Assembly: GCA_036130055.1 (NCBI GenBank)
Contig: JAYYOR010000021.1
Location: 1,844 to 65,843, forward strand
DNA: 64,000 nucleotides
Direction of reading: 5' to 3'
Source of the DNA: Pseudomonadota bacterium
GTDB lineage: Bacteria; Pseudomonadota; Gammaproteobacteria; Ga0077536
The notes beneath the pieces are model-generated. The model saw nothing but the letters and a program-made list of their open reading frames with translations. It did not search any database and was not told the DNA's origin. The position numbers and the translations under genes were made by a program. Of the stretch, positions 52,393-62,581 are shown one piece after another (the stretch's first letter is position 1; each line of letters opens with the position of its first letter).

Positions 52393-53904
52393 CTATTTAA
52401 GAAATAAGTTATAAGCATCATTCTCTGTTTCGTCAAAATACGTTATTTTTAACTCTCTCAAGGCACTGGTAAACTCTTCAATTTGATCAGGCCTTATTTC
52501 GATTCCTGCTAAAACTCTCCCATAAGGAGCACCATGATTTCGATAGTGAAATAACGAAATATTCCAATCATCACCGAGACGAGTCAAAAATTTTAATAAT
52601 GCCCCGGGTCTCTCAGGGAATTCGAATCTATAAAGGCGTTCATTCTCCTTGGTATATCTTCCTCCTACCATGAATCTAATATGGGTCTTTGCAAGTTCGT
52701 TTTCGCTTAGATCGATAGCTTTATAACCCTTTGACACCAATCTTTTGAAAAGTAATTTTTTTTCTTTTTCAGCCTCTTGTACTCTTATACCCACAAAGAC
52801 TTCGGCCGATATTTGGGAAGAAACTCGATAGTTAAATTCTGTTATAGAACGTGGGCCTATTGCTGTACAAAATTCTTTAAAACTTCCAGGTCTCTCGGGG
52901 ATTGTAACACCAAGTAGGACCTCTCGCTTTTCCCCAAGATCTGCTAATTCAGCCACATGTCTCAATCTGTCAAAGTTGATATTAGCACCACTACAGACAC
53001 ATACTATATTTTTACTGTGTAATTTTCGTTCCAACAAAAACTGTTTAGCACCAGCTATACTTAGTGCGCCTGCGGGCTCAAGCACTACTCTTTTTTCTTC
53101 AAAAATATCTTTAATGCCCGCACATATTTCGTCTACAGAAACTAACAAAATTTCATCGACGTATTTTTCAACGATATCATAATTTTTTTGACCAACTTTT
53201 TTTACAGCTGCGCCATCAGCAAAAATTCCAACATGTTCCAACGCGACAGGTTTTTTTGCCGCTAAAGCTGCGGTCATACTAGGAGCTTCTTCAGGCTCTA
53301 CACCGATTATTTTAATATGAGGGTTAATTTGTTTAATGTATGCAGCGACACCTGCTATTAGTCCACCACCGCCCACGGGCAGAAAAATAAAATCAATATC
53401 CCCCTTATGCTGTCGCAATATCTCCATACCAACGGTACCCTGTCCAGCAATTATATATTGATTATCATATGGAGGTATCAGCTCAAAACTTTTTTCCTTC
53501 GCAATAATTTTAGCAAGCGAACTGGCTTCATCGTAGGTATTACCATGTAGTTGGACATGAGCCCCAAAAGCCTTTACCGCTTTTATTTTGATTTCTGGAG
53601 TTGTTTTTGGCATTATTATTATTGCGGCTAAGCCTAATTTTTTTGCGGCCAAACCTACCCCTTGAGCATGATTTCCTGCAGAAGCAGCCACAAGTCCATT
53701 TACTTTTTTTTCAGCCATTAGGCTTGTGATCAAGGAATAAGCCCCTCGAATCTTGTAAGAAAAAGAAGGCTGGGTATCCTCTCTTTTCAGCCAAATATTG
53801 TTGGAGAATTTTTTTGTAAGAGCTTCAGCAAATTCTAGATTTGTTTCAGTGGCGACTTCATAGACTGGGGCTTTCAGTATTAATTTAAGATAATGATCAA
53901 GCAT
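52393..53904 (-). CDS. ilvA: Biosynthetic threonine dehydratase with two C-terminal regulatory (ACT-like) domains
   Basis: PLP motif SFSYKIRGAY. About 500 aa, co-linear with E. coli IlvA. Divergent from rpiA as in Pseudomonas. Confidence 0.92.
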   Translation of the reverse strand: MLDHYLKLILKAPVYEVATETNLEFAEALTKKFSNNIWLKREDTQPSFSYKIRGAYSLITSLMAEKKVNGLVAASAGNHAQGVGLAAKKLGLAAIIIMPKTTPEIKIKAVKAFGAHVQLHGNTYDEASSLAKIIAKEKSFELIPPYDNQYIIAGQGTVGMEILRQHKGDIDFIFLPVGGGGLIAGVAAYIKQINPHIKIIGVEPEEAPSMTAALAAKKPVALEHVGIFADGAAVKKVGQKNYDIVEKYVDEILLVSVDEICAGIKDIFEEKRVVLEPAGALSIAGAKQFLLERKLHSKNIVCVCSGANINFDRLRHVAELADLGEKREVLLGVTIPERPGSFKEFCTAIGPRSITEFNYRVSSQISAEVFVGIRVQEAEKEKKLLFKRLVSKGYKAIDLSENELAKTHIRFMVGGRYTKENERLYRFEFPERPGALLKFLTRLGDDWNISLFHYRNHGAPYGRVLAGIEIRPDQIEEFTSALRELKITYFDETENDAYNLFLK

Positions 53905-53957
53905 TGCAATAAGATACAATAAAATTAAAATAAAAACTAAAGAAATAGGATTAATAA

Positions 53958-54620
53958 ATGACTAATCAAAACGAAATCAAAAAAAATGTCGCCTTAAGTG
54001 CAGCAAAGGCAATTATGAACGAGAGAGTGATTGGTGTAGGAACCGGAACAACGGTAAACTATTTTATTGAGGCACTTTCTAAGTTACCCCATCAAATCGA
54101 GTGTACAGTTGCAAGCTCAGAAGCAACTAAGTTAAAACTTGAGGAAAACGGCTTTCCTACTGAAGAACTTAATACGGTAGGTAATTTTGATATTTATGTG
54201 GACGGAGCCGATGAAGCAACAAAATTTGGTTATCTTATAAAGGGAGGTGGTGGTGCCTTGACTCAAGAAAAAATTCTTGCGTCGGTTTGTAAAAAATTCA
54301 TTTGTATTATTGATGATAGCAAGTTGGTAGGCTCACTAGGACAGTTTCCTCTCCCGGTTGAAGTCATTCCAGTCAGCAGAAGCGCCGTGGCCAGAAAAAT
54401 TGTTGAATTAGGTGGGATACCAAAATGGCGCATCGGTTTCGTTACAGATAACAATAACTGGATTCTTGATATTCAGGGGCTTAAAATAACAAATTGTGCC
54501 GAATTAGAAGTTATGTTAAATAATATCCCCGGTATTGTTACTAATGGTATATTTGCAGCAAACAAGGCAGATCTCTTATACGTTGGCGACAGCCATGGGG
54601 TAAAAATTATTGATTGTTAG
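53958..54620 (+). CDS. rpiA: Ribose-5-phosphate isomerase A
   Basis: GVGTGTTV and DGADE motifs. Confidence 0.92.
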   Translation: MTNQNEIKKNVALSAAKAIMNERVIGVGTGTTVNYFIEALSKLPHQIECTVASSEATKLKLEENGFPTEELNTVGNFDIYVDGADEATKFGYLIKGGGGALTQEKILASVCKKFICIIDDSKLVGSLGQFPLPVEVIPVSRSAVARKIVELGGIPKWRIGFVTDNNNWILDIQGLKITNCAELEVMLNNIPGIVTNGIFAANKADLLYVGDSHGVKIIDC

Positions 54621-55353
54621 TAACCCCACCACCTAAAATTGAAGTTAAAATTAAGGCAATTTCAAATAACATCCATATGGGAAGTGCCAAAAGAATCTGA
54701 GAGACAAAATCTGGGGGTGTCAACAACATCCCTAATATGAAAGCAACCAAAATTATATAAGGTCTTTTTTTTCTCATAGCCTCTATTGTTGTTAAGCCGC
54801 TTCTTATCAAGACAAAAGTTACTAGAGGCACTTCGAAAGCTAAACCAAAAGCTAAAAATAATTTTATACAAAAACTTAAATATTCTGATATGTCCGTCAT
54901 CAAGTTAACTCCTTCAGGCGTCGTCGAAGCGAAAAATGCAAAAATAATCGGAAAGATTACATAATATGCAAATAAAATGCCTAGATAAAATAAGACAGTT
55001 GTGGAGAACACTAATGGGAATATTAGGCGACGCTCAGAATCATAAAGGCCGGGGGCAATGAATGCCCATATTTGGAAAAGAATAAAAGGAAGAGCTACTA
55101 AAAAAGACAGAAAAAGAAGCAACTTAAAGGGAGTCAAGAAAGGAGAGGCAACTTTAGTAGCAACCAAGGATCCTTGAGCCGGAAGTTGCTCCAACATTGG
55201 CTCAGCTAAAAATAGATAAATCGTATCAGAAAAAGGAGAGAGTACTAAAACAACAATTACGGTAGCTACTATACACCTTATCAGTCGCGAACGAAGCTCA
55301 ACCAGATGATACATAAGAGTATTTTCTGTCGATTGCCTAACGTCACGTTCCAA
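54607..55353 (-). CDS. tatC: Twin-arginine translocase subunit TatC
   Basis: Co-linear with E. coli TatC (HLVELRSRLI, six TM). TTG start 2 nt after the tatB stop. 14-nt convergent overlap with rpiA. Confidence 0.9.
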   Translation of the reverse strand: MERDVRQSTENTLMYHLVELRSRLIRCIVATVIVVLVLSPFSDTIYLFLAEPMLEQLPAQGSLVATKVASPFLTPFKLLLFLSFLVALPFILFQIWAFIAPGLYDSERRLIFPLVFSTTVLFYLGILFAYYVIFPIIFAFFASTTPEGVNLMTDISEYLSFCIKLFLAFGLAFEVPLVTFVLIRSGLTTIEAMRKKRPYIILVAFILGMLLTPPDFVSQILLALPIWMLFEIALILTSILGGGVTNNQ

Positions 55354-55355
55354 AA

Positions 55356-55589
55356 TTAATTAACTCTATTCTGCTTTTTTTCTGACGTCTTAACTTGACC
55401 CTCTTCAAATTTATTTGAATCAAAATCGATTTCTTCTTTTATTTCTTGCCTTAATTTTGCTGTGATAGCTTGCGCATGGCGGAATAACGCACCAAGATTA
55501 CGGGCTAACTCCGGTAATCGTTTAGGACCTAAGATAATTAGCGCAACCAATCCGGAGATCGCTAATTCCCAAAAACCGATGTCAACCAT
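55356..55589 (-). CDS. tatB: Twin-arginine translocase subunit TatB, unusually short at 77 aa
   Basis: MVDIGFWEL...GPKRLPEL resembles E. coli TatB MFDIGFSEL...GPQRLP. Confidence 0.8.
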   Translation of the reverse strand: MVDIGFWELAISGLVALIILGPKRLPELARNLGALFRHAQAITAKLRQEIKEEIDFDSNKFEEGQVKTSEKKQNRVN

Positions 55590-55594
55590 TTAAT

Positions 55595-55804
55595 TTATTT
55601 TTTATCTTTTTCATGCTCACTCTCAATGTCGATTATTCGTTCGTTTTTATTTACAACAGAACTCTCTTCTGAGTCCTCTTTTAATGCCTTTCGAAAATCT
55701 TTGATCCAACTACCTATATCACCTCCAACACTCTTTATTTTTTTAGTTCCAAAAAGAAGAGCGACAATTCCAAATATCAAAATTAATTCATATATTCCAG
55801 GCAT
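55595..55804 (-). CDS. tatA: Twin-arginine translocase subunit TatA
   Basis: LLFGTKKI..GGD.G motif. 69 aa. Confidence 0.88.
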   Translation of the reverse strand: MPGIYELILIFGIVALLFGTKKIKSVGGDIGSWIKDFRKALKEDSEESSVVNKNERIIDIESEHEKDKK

Positions 55805-55818
55805 ATTATTATCCGTTT

Positions 55819-56157
55819 TTACTCTGATCTACTTTTTTTTTCTTCTAATCCAGACCGGCCAAGTCGAGCCTCAAGTACATTTATAACATCAGAAACAGAC
55901 ATTTTATTATACTTCAGAAGCACTATAGCATGAAAGAGGAAGTCAGCTAGTTCATTTGAAATTTCATTTTTGCTTTTGTTTTTGCCTGCGATTATGAATT
56001 CTGCTGCTTCCTCGCCAATCTTTTTTAAAATGTAGTCATCTCCTTTTTCCCAAAGGGTGGCAACATAGGATTTTGTTGGATCTTCGTACTGTCTAGCTTC
56101 GATTACTTTTTCTAGTTTTTTAAGTATACCTTCCACATTTTTTCCTTTACCGGCCAC
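55819..56157 (-). CDS. hisE: Phosphoribosyl-ATP pyrophosphatase (stand-alone HisE)
   Basis: MazG-like HisE motifs. GTG start abuts the hisF stop. No HisI domain is fused. Confidence 0.85.
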   Translation of the reverse strand: MAGKGKNVEGILKKLEKVIEARQYEDPTKSYVATLWEKGDDYILKKIGEEAAEFIIAGKNKSKNEISNELADFLFHAIVLLKYNKMSVSDVINVLEARLGRSGLEEKKSRSE

Positions 56158-56940
56158 TTACTGTTTAGGAAGGTTACGAACGTTGATTCCAAACTCAAGC
56201 AAAGCGCTTTTAACTTGTTGAATTGACATGATATCAAAATGGAAAATACTTGCCGCTAACACAGCATCTGCTCGTCCTATTGTTATCCCCTCGATTAAAT
56301 GTCTGATCTCACCAACACCACCAGAAGCAATTATTGGTACATCAACTTTTTCAGAAACTGCCTTTGTAAATTCTACATCGTAACCTTCTTTAGTTCCATC
56401 CCGGTCCATGCTCGTTAATAATAATTCCCCGGCCCCATTATTTGCCATAAGTTCTACCCACTCTAAGGCATCTATTTGAGTCTTATTTCTACCACCATGA
56501 GTGTAGACTGACCATTTTTCAATCTGACTTGAATCATTGCGCTTGACATCAATGGCTACTACTAAACATTGGGATCCAAAAAGATCAGCGGCTTCCTTAA
56601 CAAAGTCCGGATTCTCAACCGCCGCAGTATTGATTCCAACTTTATCTGCACCAGCTTTCAATAGTGTCCGCACATCATCAACATTGCGAACTCCACCTCC
56701 GACAGTTAGAGGTATAAAAACCTCTGAGGCGACGTCAGTGATAGTACTGAGAATTGTCTTTCGATTATCACTACTTGCAGTTATATCAAGGAAAGTTATC
56801 TCGTCCGCACCGTCCTGATTATATCGCTTCGCTATTTCTACCGGATCTCCAGCGTCCTTAATATCAACAAACTTAGTGCCCTTTACCACTCTACCCTTGT
56901 CAACATCTAAACAAGGGATTATTCTTTTAGTTAAACTCAT
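56158..56940 (-). CDS. hisF: Imidazole glycerol phosphate synthase cyclase subunit
   Basis: IIPCLDV N-terminus and TIM-barrel motifs. Confidence 0.93.
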   Translation of the reverse strand: MSLTKRIIPCLDVDKGRVVKGTKFVDIKDAGDPVEIAKRYNQDGADEITFLDITASSDNRKTILSTITDVASEVFIPLTVGGGVRNVDDVRTLLKAGADKVGINTAAVENPDFVKEAADLFGSQCLVVAIDVKRNDSSQIEKWSVYTHGGRNKTQIDALEWVELMANNGAGELLLTSMDRDGTKEGYDVEFTKAVSEKVDVPIIASGGVGEIRHLIEGITIGRADAVLAASIFHFDIMSIQQVKSALLEFGINVRNLPKQ

Positions 56941-56941
56941 T

Positions 56942-57679
56942 TTAAATTTTTTGTTTTTCTATAAATTCATTAGCGACCTTTAGATTCAGAGTCCCTTCGT
57001 AAATTGCTCGTCCAACTATAACAGCTGATACTCCTAAATGGGCAATGTTGGCCAAGGCCTTTATGTCCCCTAAATCCTTAACACCTCCGGAAGCAATAAT
57101 TGGAATTTTTAACAATTCTGCCAATTTAGAAATCTCTTCAATATTAGGTCCCTCAAGCATTCCATCTTTATCAATATCTGTAAAAATTATTGAATTTATC
57201 CCGAGTTTCTCCAAATTTCTTGCCACTTCGTGTAATTCGAGACTTGAAGTGCTCGACCATCCATCAATCGCGACCTTTCTATTTCTGGAATCTAGACCGA
57301 CTATTATTTGTTTTTGGTGCCTCTTACATGCCTCCTCAACAAAAGTGGACGACTTGATAGCTGCCGTACCAAGAATGATATAAGAGACCCCATCGTCCAA
57401 GTAACAATTTAGGGTATCCAAACTCCTTATGCCACCACCAACTTGGACCGGGATTTTATCGCAAAATTTTACAATATCTTTGACAGTCTTTTTATTTACT
57501 GGTTCTCCATGTAAAGCGCCATCCAAGTCAACCAAATGTAGTCTTTTGGCTCCTTGCGCAATCCATTGCTCAGCAACAAATAGTGGATCATCAGAGAACA
57601 CCGTTTCAAAGTTAAAGTCCCCTTGCCTTAGCCGAACACACCGGCCTTCTTTGATATCAATCGCGGGTATTATTTGCAT
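56942..57679 (-). CDS. hisA: ProFAR isomerase
   Basis: [11 protein letters not shown]-terminus. Confidence 0.92.
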   Translation of the reverse strand: MQIIPAIDIKEGRCVRLRQGDFNFETVFSDDPLFVAEQWIAQGAKRLHLVDLDGALHGEPVNKKTVKDIVKFCDKIPVQVGGGIRSLDTLNCYLDDGVSYIILGTAAIKSSTFVEEACKRHQKQIIVGLDSRNRKVAIDGWSSTSSLELHEVARNLEKLGINSIIFTDIDKDGMLEGPNIEEISKLAELLKIPIIASGGVKDLGDIKALANIAHLGVSAVIVGRAIYEGTLNLKVANEFIEKQKI

Positions 57680-57746
57680 TATTTGACCCCTATCTTTTCA
57701 GTCTACTATAGTTTTTATTAACTTCGCTATATAAAGTAATAAATAT

Positions 57747-60416
57747 TTAGTGAGCGTCACCCCAAGTTGTTCCATAACCGACAGAAACTTTGAGTGGGAC
57801 AGATAAAGAGACAACCTCTTCCATACATCTTTCTAGTTCAATTTTGAATTTTTTTAGGCACGATTTATCTACTTCAAAGACTAGCTCATCATGAACTTGA
57901 AGAATCAAATCAGCGTCAAATTTAGATTCAGATATCAAGTGATCAGAAGAAATCATGGCCATTTTTATTAGATCTGCCGCTGATCCTTGCATTGGAGCAT
58001 TAATAGCCGTCCGTTCTGCATATTGTCTTAATCTAGCTTGACTCGAATTTATATTATTTATATAAAGACGTCGACCAAAAATCGTCTCTACATAACCTTT
58101 CTCTGAAGCTTTCTTTCGAATATTTTCCATGTAAAGCTTGATTTTCGGATATTTAGAGAAGTATTTGTCGATATAATTTTGAGCCTCAACTCGAGGAATA
58201 TCTAACTGTTTTGCTAGTCCAAATGATGACATCCCATAAATTAACCCAAAGTTGATAGCTTTTGCTGCTCGCCTGTGCTGATCGTTAACATTCGATAGAT
58301 CTATATCAAATACCTCCGAGGCAGTGGTGCTATGAACATCTTGTCCTTCCTGAAACGCTTTAATTAACGTCTGATCTTGACTTATATGAGCCATTATTCT
58401 CAATTCAATTTGCGAATAATCAGCCGCCACTAAAAATTTTCCGATGGGTGCTCGAAAAGCTTCACGTACCTTCTTTCCCTCCAAGGTTCGAATAGGAATA
58501 TTTTGTAAATTTGGACTTGACGAGGAAAGTCTCCCTGTTGAGGTTACTGCTTGATGAAAACTAGCGTGGATTCTCCCAGTTTTTTCGCTGACTTGCTTCG
58601 GCAATTTCTCGGTATAGGTAGAAACTAGCTTTGAAAGCGACCGATAGTTTAAAATGATTTTTGGTAACTCGTATTCTTTAGACAAATCGCTAAGAACAGA
58701 TTCGGAGGTAGAAGGCTGACCTTTAGGGGTCTTAGCGATAACAGGAATTTTCATTTTCTCAAATAAAATCTCCTGTATCTGTTTGGGGGAGCTAATATTA
58801 AAAGACTCGCCAGCTATCTCAAACGCTTTGCGTTCTAATTCATTCATGGAGTTTTTTAATTCTTTACTTTGATGACTTAACATTTCACTATCAATCGATA
58901 CCCCCTTCATTTCCATCTTCGACAAAACTGTTATTAGAGGAATTTCTATATTAGTGTAAATATTCTTTAAACCATCAATCTTATCCAAATCTGGAAATAG
59001 CCGATTATGTATCCTAAAGGCTAAATCTGCATCCTCAGCTGCATAATGAGTAGCAGAGTCGAGATTAACCTTTTCAAAACCCTCTCCCTCAGTCAAATCT
59101 TCGGTTACTTTTTCATAGCTGATCGGAATTTTATTCAGCACCCGCTCAGACACTGAATTCAAGTCATGCCTGGTATGGGTGCTATTATTAATATATGACT
59201 CCAACATCGTGTCATGGGCTATCCCGTTTAGCCTAATTTTATTATTCCTAAAAACAGCATAATCATACTTCAAGTTGTGCCCAATTTTTTTCGTTGAATG
59301 ACCTTCTAGAATAGGAGTCATCAACTTCATCACGATGGACTCCTGGAGCTGCTCAGGAGCGCCTTCATAGTCGTGACCAACTGGAATATAAACTGCCTTT
59401 CCTTCTTCCCAAGCCAAAGAAATTCCAACAATTTTTGCAAGGTTTGGATCTAAACTAGTCGTCTCTAGATCAATTGCAAAGATTTTCTTTTTTTTTATTT
59501 GCTCCAAACATTCGTTCAGATCTTTTAAACTAAGTATCGTCGAGTAATCAGACGGCGGGTCATCTGAATTACTAATTTCTTTTAAAAACATTTTAAATTC
59601 ATACTCGTTGTAAAATTTCGTTAAAGAAACGATGTCCTGTTTTTTGGGGATAAGAGTATTCAAATCAATTTTAAAAGGTACATTATCAATAATTGTCACT
59701 AATTTTTTAGATAAGCCTATATAAGACTTTGAGTCCTCAATATTATTCCCTAACTTTCCTTTTATATTGCTAGAATCAGATAAAATATTATCCAAACTAC
59801 CGTATTTGTTAAGCAAGTTTACTGCAGTTTTTGGGCCGACCTTTCGAACTCCTGGCACATTATCTGACGCATCACCAATCAACGCTAAATAGTCAACTAT
59901 CAATTCTGCTGGAATTCCGAATTTTGCTTTTACTCCCTCTTCATCCCATTCACTTTTCTTCTGATCATCAAAAACGACGATATTTGAATTTACTAATTGC
60001 GCCATGTCTTTATCAGGTGATGCTATTCTTACCTTAAGATTATTTCTATCGCCATATTTGGCAAGAGTACCAATGACGTCATCTGCTTCATAGTACGGTA
60101 CCTCTATGATTTCAAAACCTAAAGCAGTTATAATCTTCTTTACGCCTTGTAATTGTTTTACCAGATCGTCAGGCATTTCACTTCTATTTGCTTTGTAGTC
60201 TTGATACCATTCCTTACGAATTGTTTTTCCTCGAGGGTCAAAAACAACCGCAACAAAATCGGCTTTATTTCTCGTCCAAAGCGATTTTAACATCGATGTT
60301 ACACCGAAAATCGCACCAGTTGGGAAACCTTTTGAGGTAGCCAATCCACCGGAAGCATAAAATGCTCTATACAAATAACTTGAACCATCGATTATTAAAA
60401 GTTTTTTTCTTGACAT
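57747..60416 (-). CDS. polA: DNA polymerase I
   Basis: 5'-3' exonuclease N-terminus (LLIIDGSSYLYRAFYA), 3'-5' exonuclease and polymerase motifs. Start set at the internal ATG. Confidence 0.93.
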   Translation of the reverse strand: MSRKKLLIIDGSSYLYRAFYASGGLATSKGFPTGAIFGVTSMLKSLWTRNKADFVAVVFDPRGKTIRKEWYQDYKANRSEMPDDLVKQLQGVKKIITALGFEIIEVPYYEADDVIGTLAKYGDRNNLKVRIASPDKDMAQLVNSNIVVFDDQKKSEWDEEGVKAKFGIPAELIVDYLALIGDASDNVPGVRKVGPKTAVNLLNKYGSLDNILSDSSNIKGKLGNNIEDSKSYIGLSKKLVTIIDNVPFKIDLNTLIPKKQDIVSLTKFYNEYEFKMFLKEISNSDDPPSDYSTILSLKDLNECLEQIKKKKIFAIDLETTSLDPNLAKIVGISLAWEEGKAVYIPVGHDYEGAPEQLQESIVMKLMTPILEGHSTKKIGHNLKYDYAVFRNNKIRLNGIAHDTMLESYINNSTHTRHDLNSVSERVLNKIPISYEKVTEDLTEGEGFEKVNLDSATHYAAEDADLAFRIHNRLFPDLDKIDGLKNIYTNIEIPLITVLSKMEMKGVSIDSEMLSHQSKELKNSMNELERKAFEIAGESFNISSPKQIQEILFEKMKIPVIAKTPKGQPSTSESVLSDLSKEYELPKIILNYRSLSKLVSTYTEKLPKQVSEKTGRIHASFHQAVTSTGRLSSSSPNLQNIPIRTLEGKKVREAFRAPIGKFLVAADYSQIELRIMAHISQDQTLIKAFQEGQDVHSTTASEVFDIDLSNVNDQHRRAAKAINFGLIYGMSSFGLAKQLDIPRVEAQNYIDKYFSKYPKIKLYMENIRKKASEKGYVETIFGRRLYINNINSSQARLRQYAERTAINAPMQGSAADLIKMAMISSDHLISESKFDADLILQVHDELVFEVDKSCLKKFKIELERCMEEVVSLSVPLKVSVGYGTTWGDAH

Positions 60417-60478
60417 AAGCTTTAGATTATTGGCACCATTATTGTATTGGTATATCGACAATTATTAAAAAGAAGAAA

Positions 60479-60790
60479 ATGAAAGTAAATAAGAAAGTTC
60501 ATGTATTGGTTTTAATTATAATAATCGCTAATTGTTTAGACTGCTTTTCTGATACGATCGAAGTTCCAGCTAGAGAGCATGGGAAGAAACGAAAAGTCTT
60601 TTCGGACACTAGAAATGCTCTTAATATCACGGAACATAAAACCAATGGCAGAATAGATTCAATTGAAATTAGACCCGCAGTCGGGCGACCTTATTACCTC
60701 ATTGACAATGACGATGCTCTTAGACAAGGGATTAAGCAATCCAGGGAGCAGAAACCAGTTCTATCCAATTGGCGCCTTTTGCAATGGTAA
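60479..60790 (+). CDS. Small secreted hypothetical protein of about 103 aa, possibly DUF2782-like
   Basis: N-terminal signal peptide. Divergent from polA with only about 62 nt between start codons. Family assignment by position only. Confidence 0.45.
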   Translation: MKVNKKVHVLVLIIIIANCLDCFSDTIEVPAREHGKKRKVFSDTRNALNITEHKTNGRIDSIEIRPAVGRPYYLIDNDDALRQGIKQSREQKPVLSNWRLLQW

Positions 60791-60792
60791 AA

Positions 60793-62157
60793 TTAAACTA
60801 GATAGTAGTTAGCTAAACCCAGGAAAGCGAAAAATCCAACGACATCGGTAATTGTAGTCACTATGACTCCTCCAGCCAACGCTGGGTCAATATCAAATTT
60901 ATCTAAAGTAAGAGGAATCATAGCACCAAAAAATCCCGCCGTAACTAAATTAACGATCATGGCAATAGCGATTATCACTCCAAGCCCAATGTTCTCGAAC
61001 CATAAAGATGATATGAACGCGACTACCATAGCCCATAAGCATCCGTTGAAGAAACCAATAACGATCTCCCTAAAAAGAACAGATTTTGAATTTGCTGCAC
61101 CAACTTGGCCGATACTTAGACCACGAACAACGATTGTTAAGGTTTGTGTTCCAGCTATCCCGCCCATACTTGCAACAACTGGCATCAACACCGCTAAAGC
61201 TACCATTGCCTCAATTGTTGTCTCAAATAATCCTATTACCCCGGCTGCTAAAAATGCAGTCGCTAAATTAGCGGCTAGCCAAACTGATCTCATTCCTGAA
61301 GTCTTTAGTATGGGTGCAAACATATCATAATCAGTAGCAAGGCCGGCAGACGAAAGAAGCGAGCGATCCGTTTCTTCTCTTAATACATCGACCACATCAT
61401 CTACCGAAATAAATCCTAGAAATTTATGTTCCTCAGTAACAACAGGTGCTTCGATTAAATCATAACGCTCAAAAATCAAGGTGACTTCACGATCGTTAGT
61501 CAAAGCGTTTATAGGGGTATTAACTTTTTGCATGATTTCACTAATAAAGACTTCAGGCTCTGCCATAAGAAGATCCAGCAAGAGCACAGAACCTAGTAAT
61601 TTATCACTTCTATCAACAACAAATAATTGGTTTTGATTTTCTGGAATTGGACCAAAACGCCTTAAGAAACACAATACAACGTCTACTTCTACATCAGCCC
61701 TAACTGTCAGGACATCAACATTCATGAGACCACCAGCTGTGTCTGGAGGATAATTCAGTGATTCCGCTACTCTTTCTCGATTTTGAGCGTCCATTGATAG
61801 CAAAACTTGATCGGCCATTGGTTCTGGCAAATCCTGAATGATATCAGCTAAGTCATCAGGCTCTAATCCGCTCGTGTCGTTAACAAAACCTTCAGGATCT
61901 ACAGAATCAAGAAGGTCAGCACGAATACTTACGCTCAATTCTGACAGAACATCACCCTTTTTCTTTGCATCAAGACGCTCAAAAAGTTCATTTCTATTGC
62001 TAGATTCCATGGATTCTAGAAGGTCTGAGATTTCGGAGGGATGCAAATTCGACAAAAAGGAGTCGATGTTCTGTATAGAGTAATTCTTCAGAATTTCTTG
62101 AACCTCAAGCAAAAGCTCTTGGTTAGATTTAATTAAAGCATTTTGATTACTTTTCAT
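60793..62157 (-). CDS. mgtE: Magnesium transporter MgtE
   Basis: MgtE N-domain, CBS pair and C-terminal 5-TM channel domain. Confidence 0.9.
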   Translation of the reverse strand: MKSNQNALIKSNQELLLEVQEILKNYSIQNIDSFLSNLHPSEISDLLESMESSNRNELFERLDAKKKGDVLSELSVSIRADLLDSVDPEGFVNDTSGLEPDDLADIIQDLPEPMADQVLLSMDAQNRERVAESLNYPPDTAGGLMNVDVLTVRADVEVDVVLCFLRRFGPIPENQNQLFVVDRSDKLLGSVLLLDLLMAEPEVFISEIMQKVNTPINALTNDREVTLIFERYDLIEAPVVTEEHKFLGFISVDDVVDVLREETDRSLLSSAGLATDYDMFAPILKTSGMRSVWLAANLATAFLAAGVIGLFETTIEAMVALAVLMPVVASMGGIAGTQTLTIVVRGLSIGQVGAANSKSVLFREIVIGFFNGCLWAMVVAFISSLWFENIGLGVIIAIAMIVNLVTAGFFGAMIPLTLDKFDIDPALAGGVIVTTITDVVGFFAFLGLANYYLV

Positions 62158-62176
62158 TTACACAATTTACTTTGAA

Positions 62177-62533
62177 CTACCAAAAAAATTTGGGTTTGGT
62201 CATTTTGCCAATCACCACTATGTTCTTACAATCGATTATTACTATATCACCGCTTTTAAAATAGCCGGTAATGTTTCTAATCCCACCTATAGAGGGCATC
62301 GGAGCTTCCTTAAAACATTTCTGCAAATGGGTATTTCCGAGCGTTTTTTCTACAATTAAACCTTTTGGCGGATACGATACAAGATACATTATTAAATTAA
62401 ACGATATCTCGTTAATCAGTACAATTGAATCTTTTATCTTTTTATCTCTAATTTGGCGATCATCGCACAAGGGCAAAATTGGACCTTCAATCTTTCCATA
62501 AGAAGCAATAGATCCGTAGAATAAAGCACTCAA
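62177..62533 (-). CDS. Hypothetical protein of 118 aa with a TTG start, sitting where npr/ptsO would be expected
   Basis: Fills the mgtE-rapZ gap in the minus orientation. No recognisable HPr, EIIA or Hpf motif. No in-frame ATG until residue 49. Confidence 0.35.
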   Translation of the reverse strand: MSALFYGSIASYGKIEGPILPLCDDRQIRDKKIKDSIVLINEISFNLIMYLVSYPPKGLIVEKTLGNTHLQKCFKEAPMPSIGGIRNITGYFKSGDIVIIDCKNIVVIGKMTKPKFFW

Positions 62534-62581
62534 ATTTTTAATCCTAAAAAAAAAGATTTGAGCGGATTAACATAAATTAAC

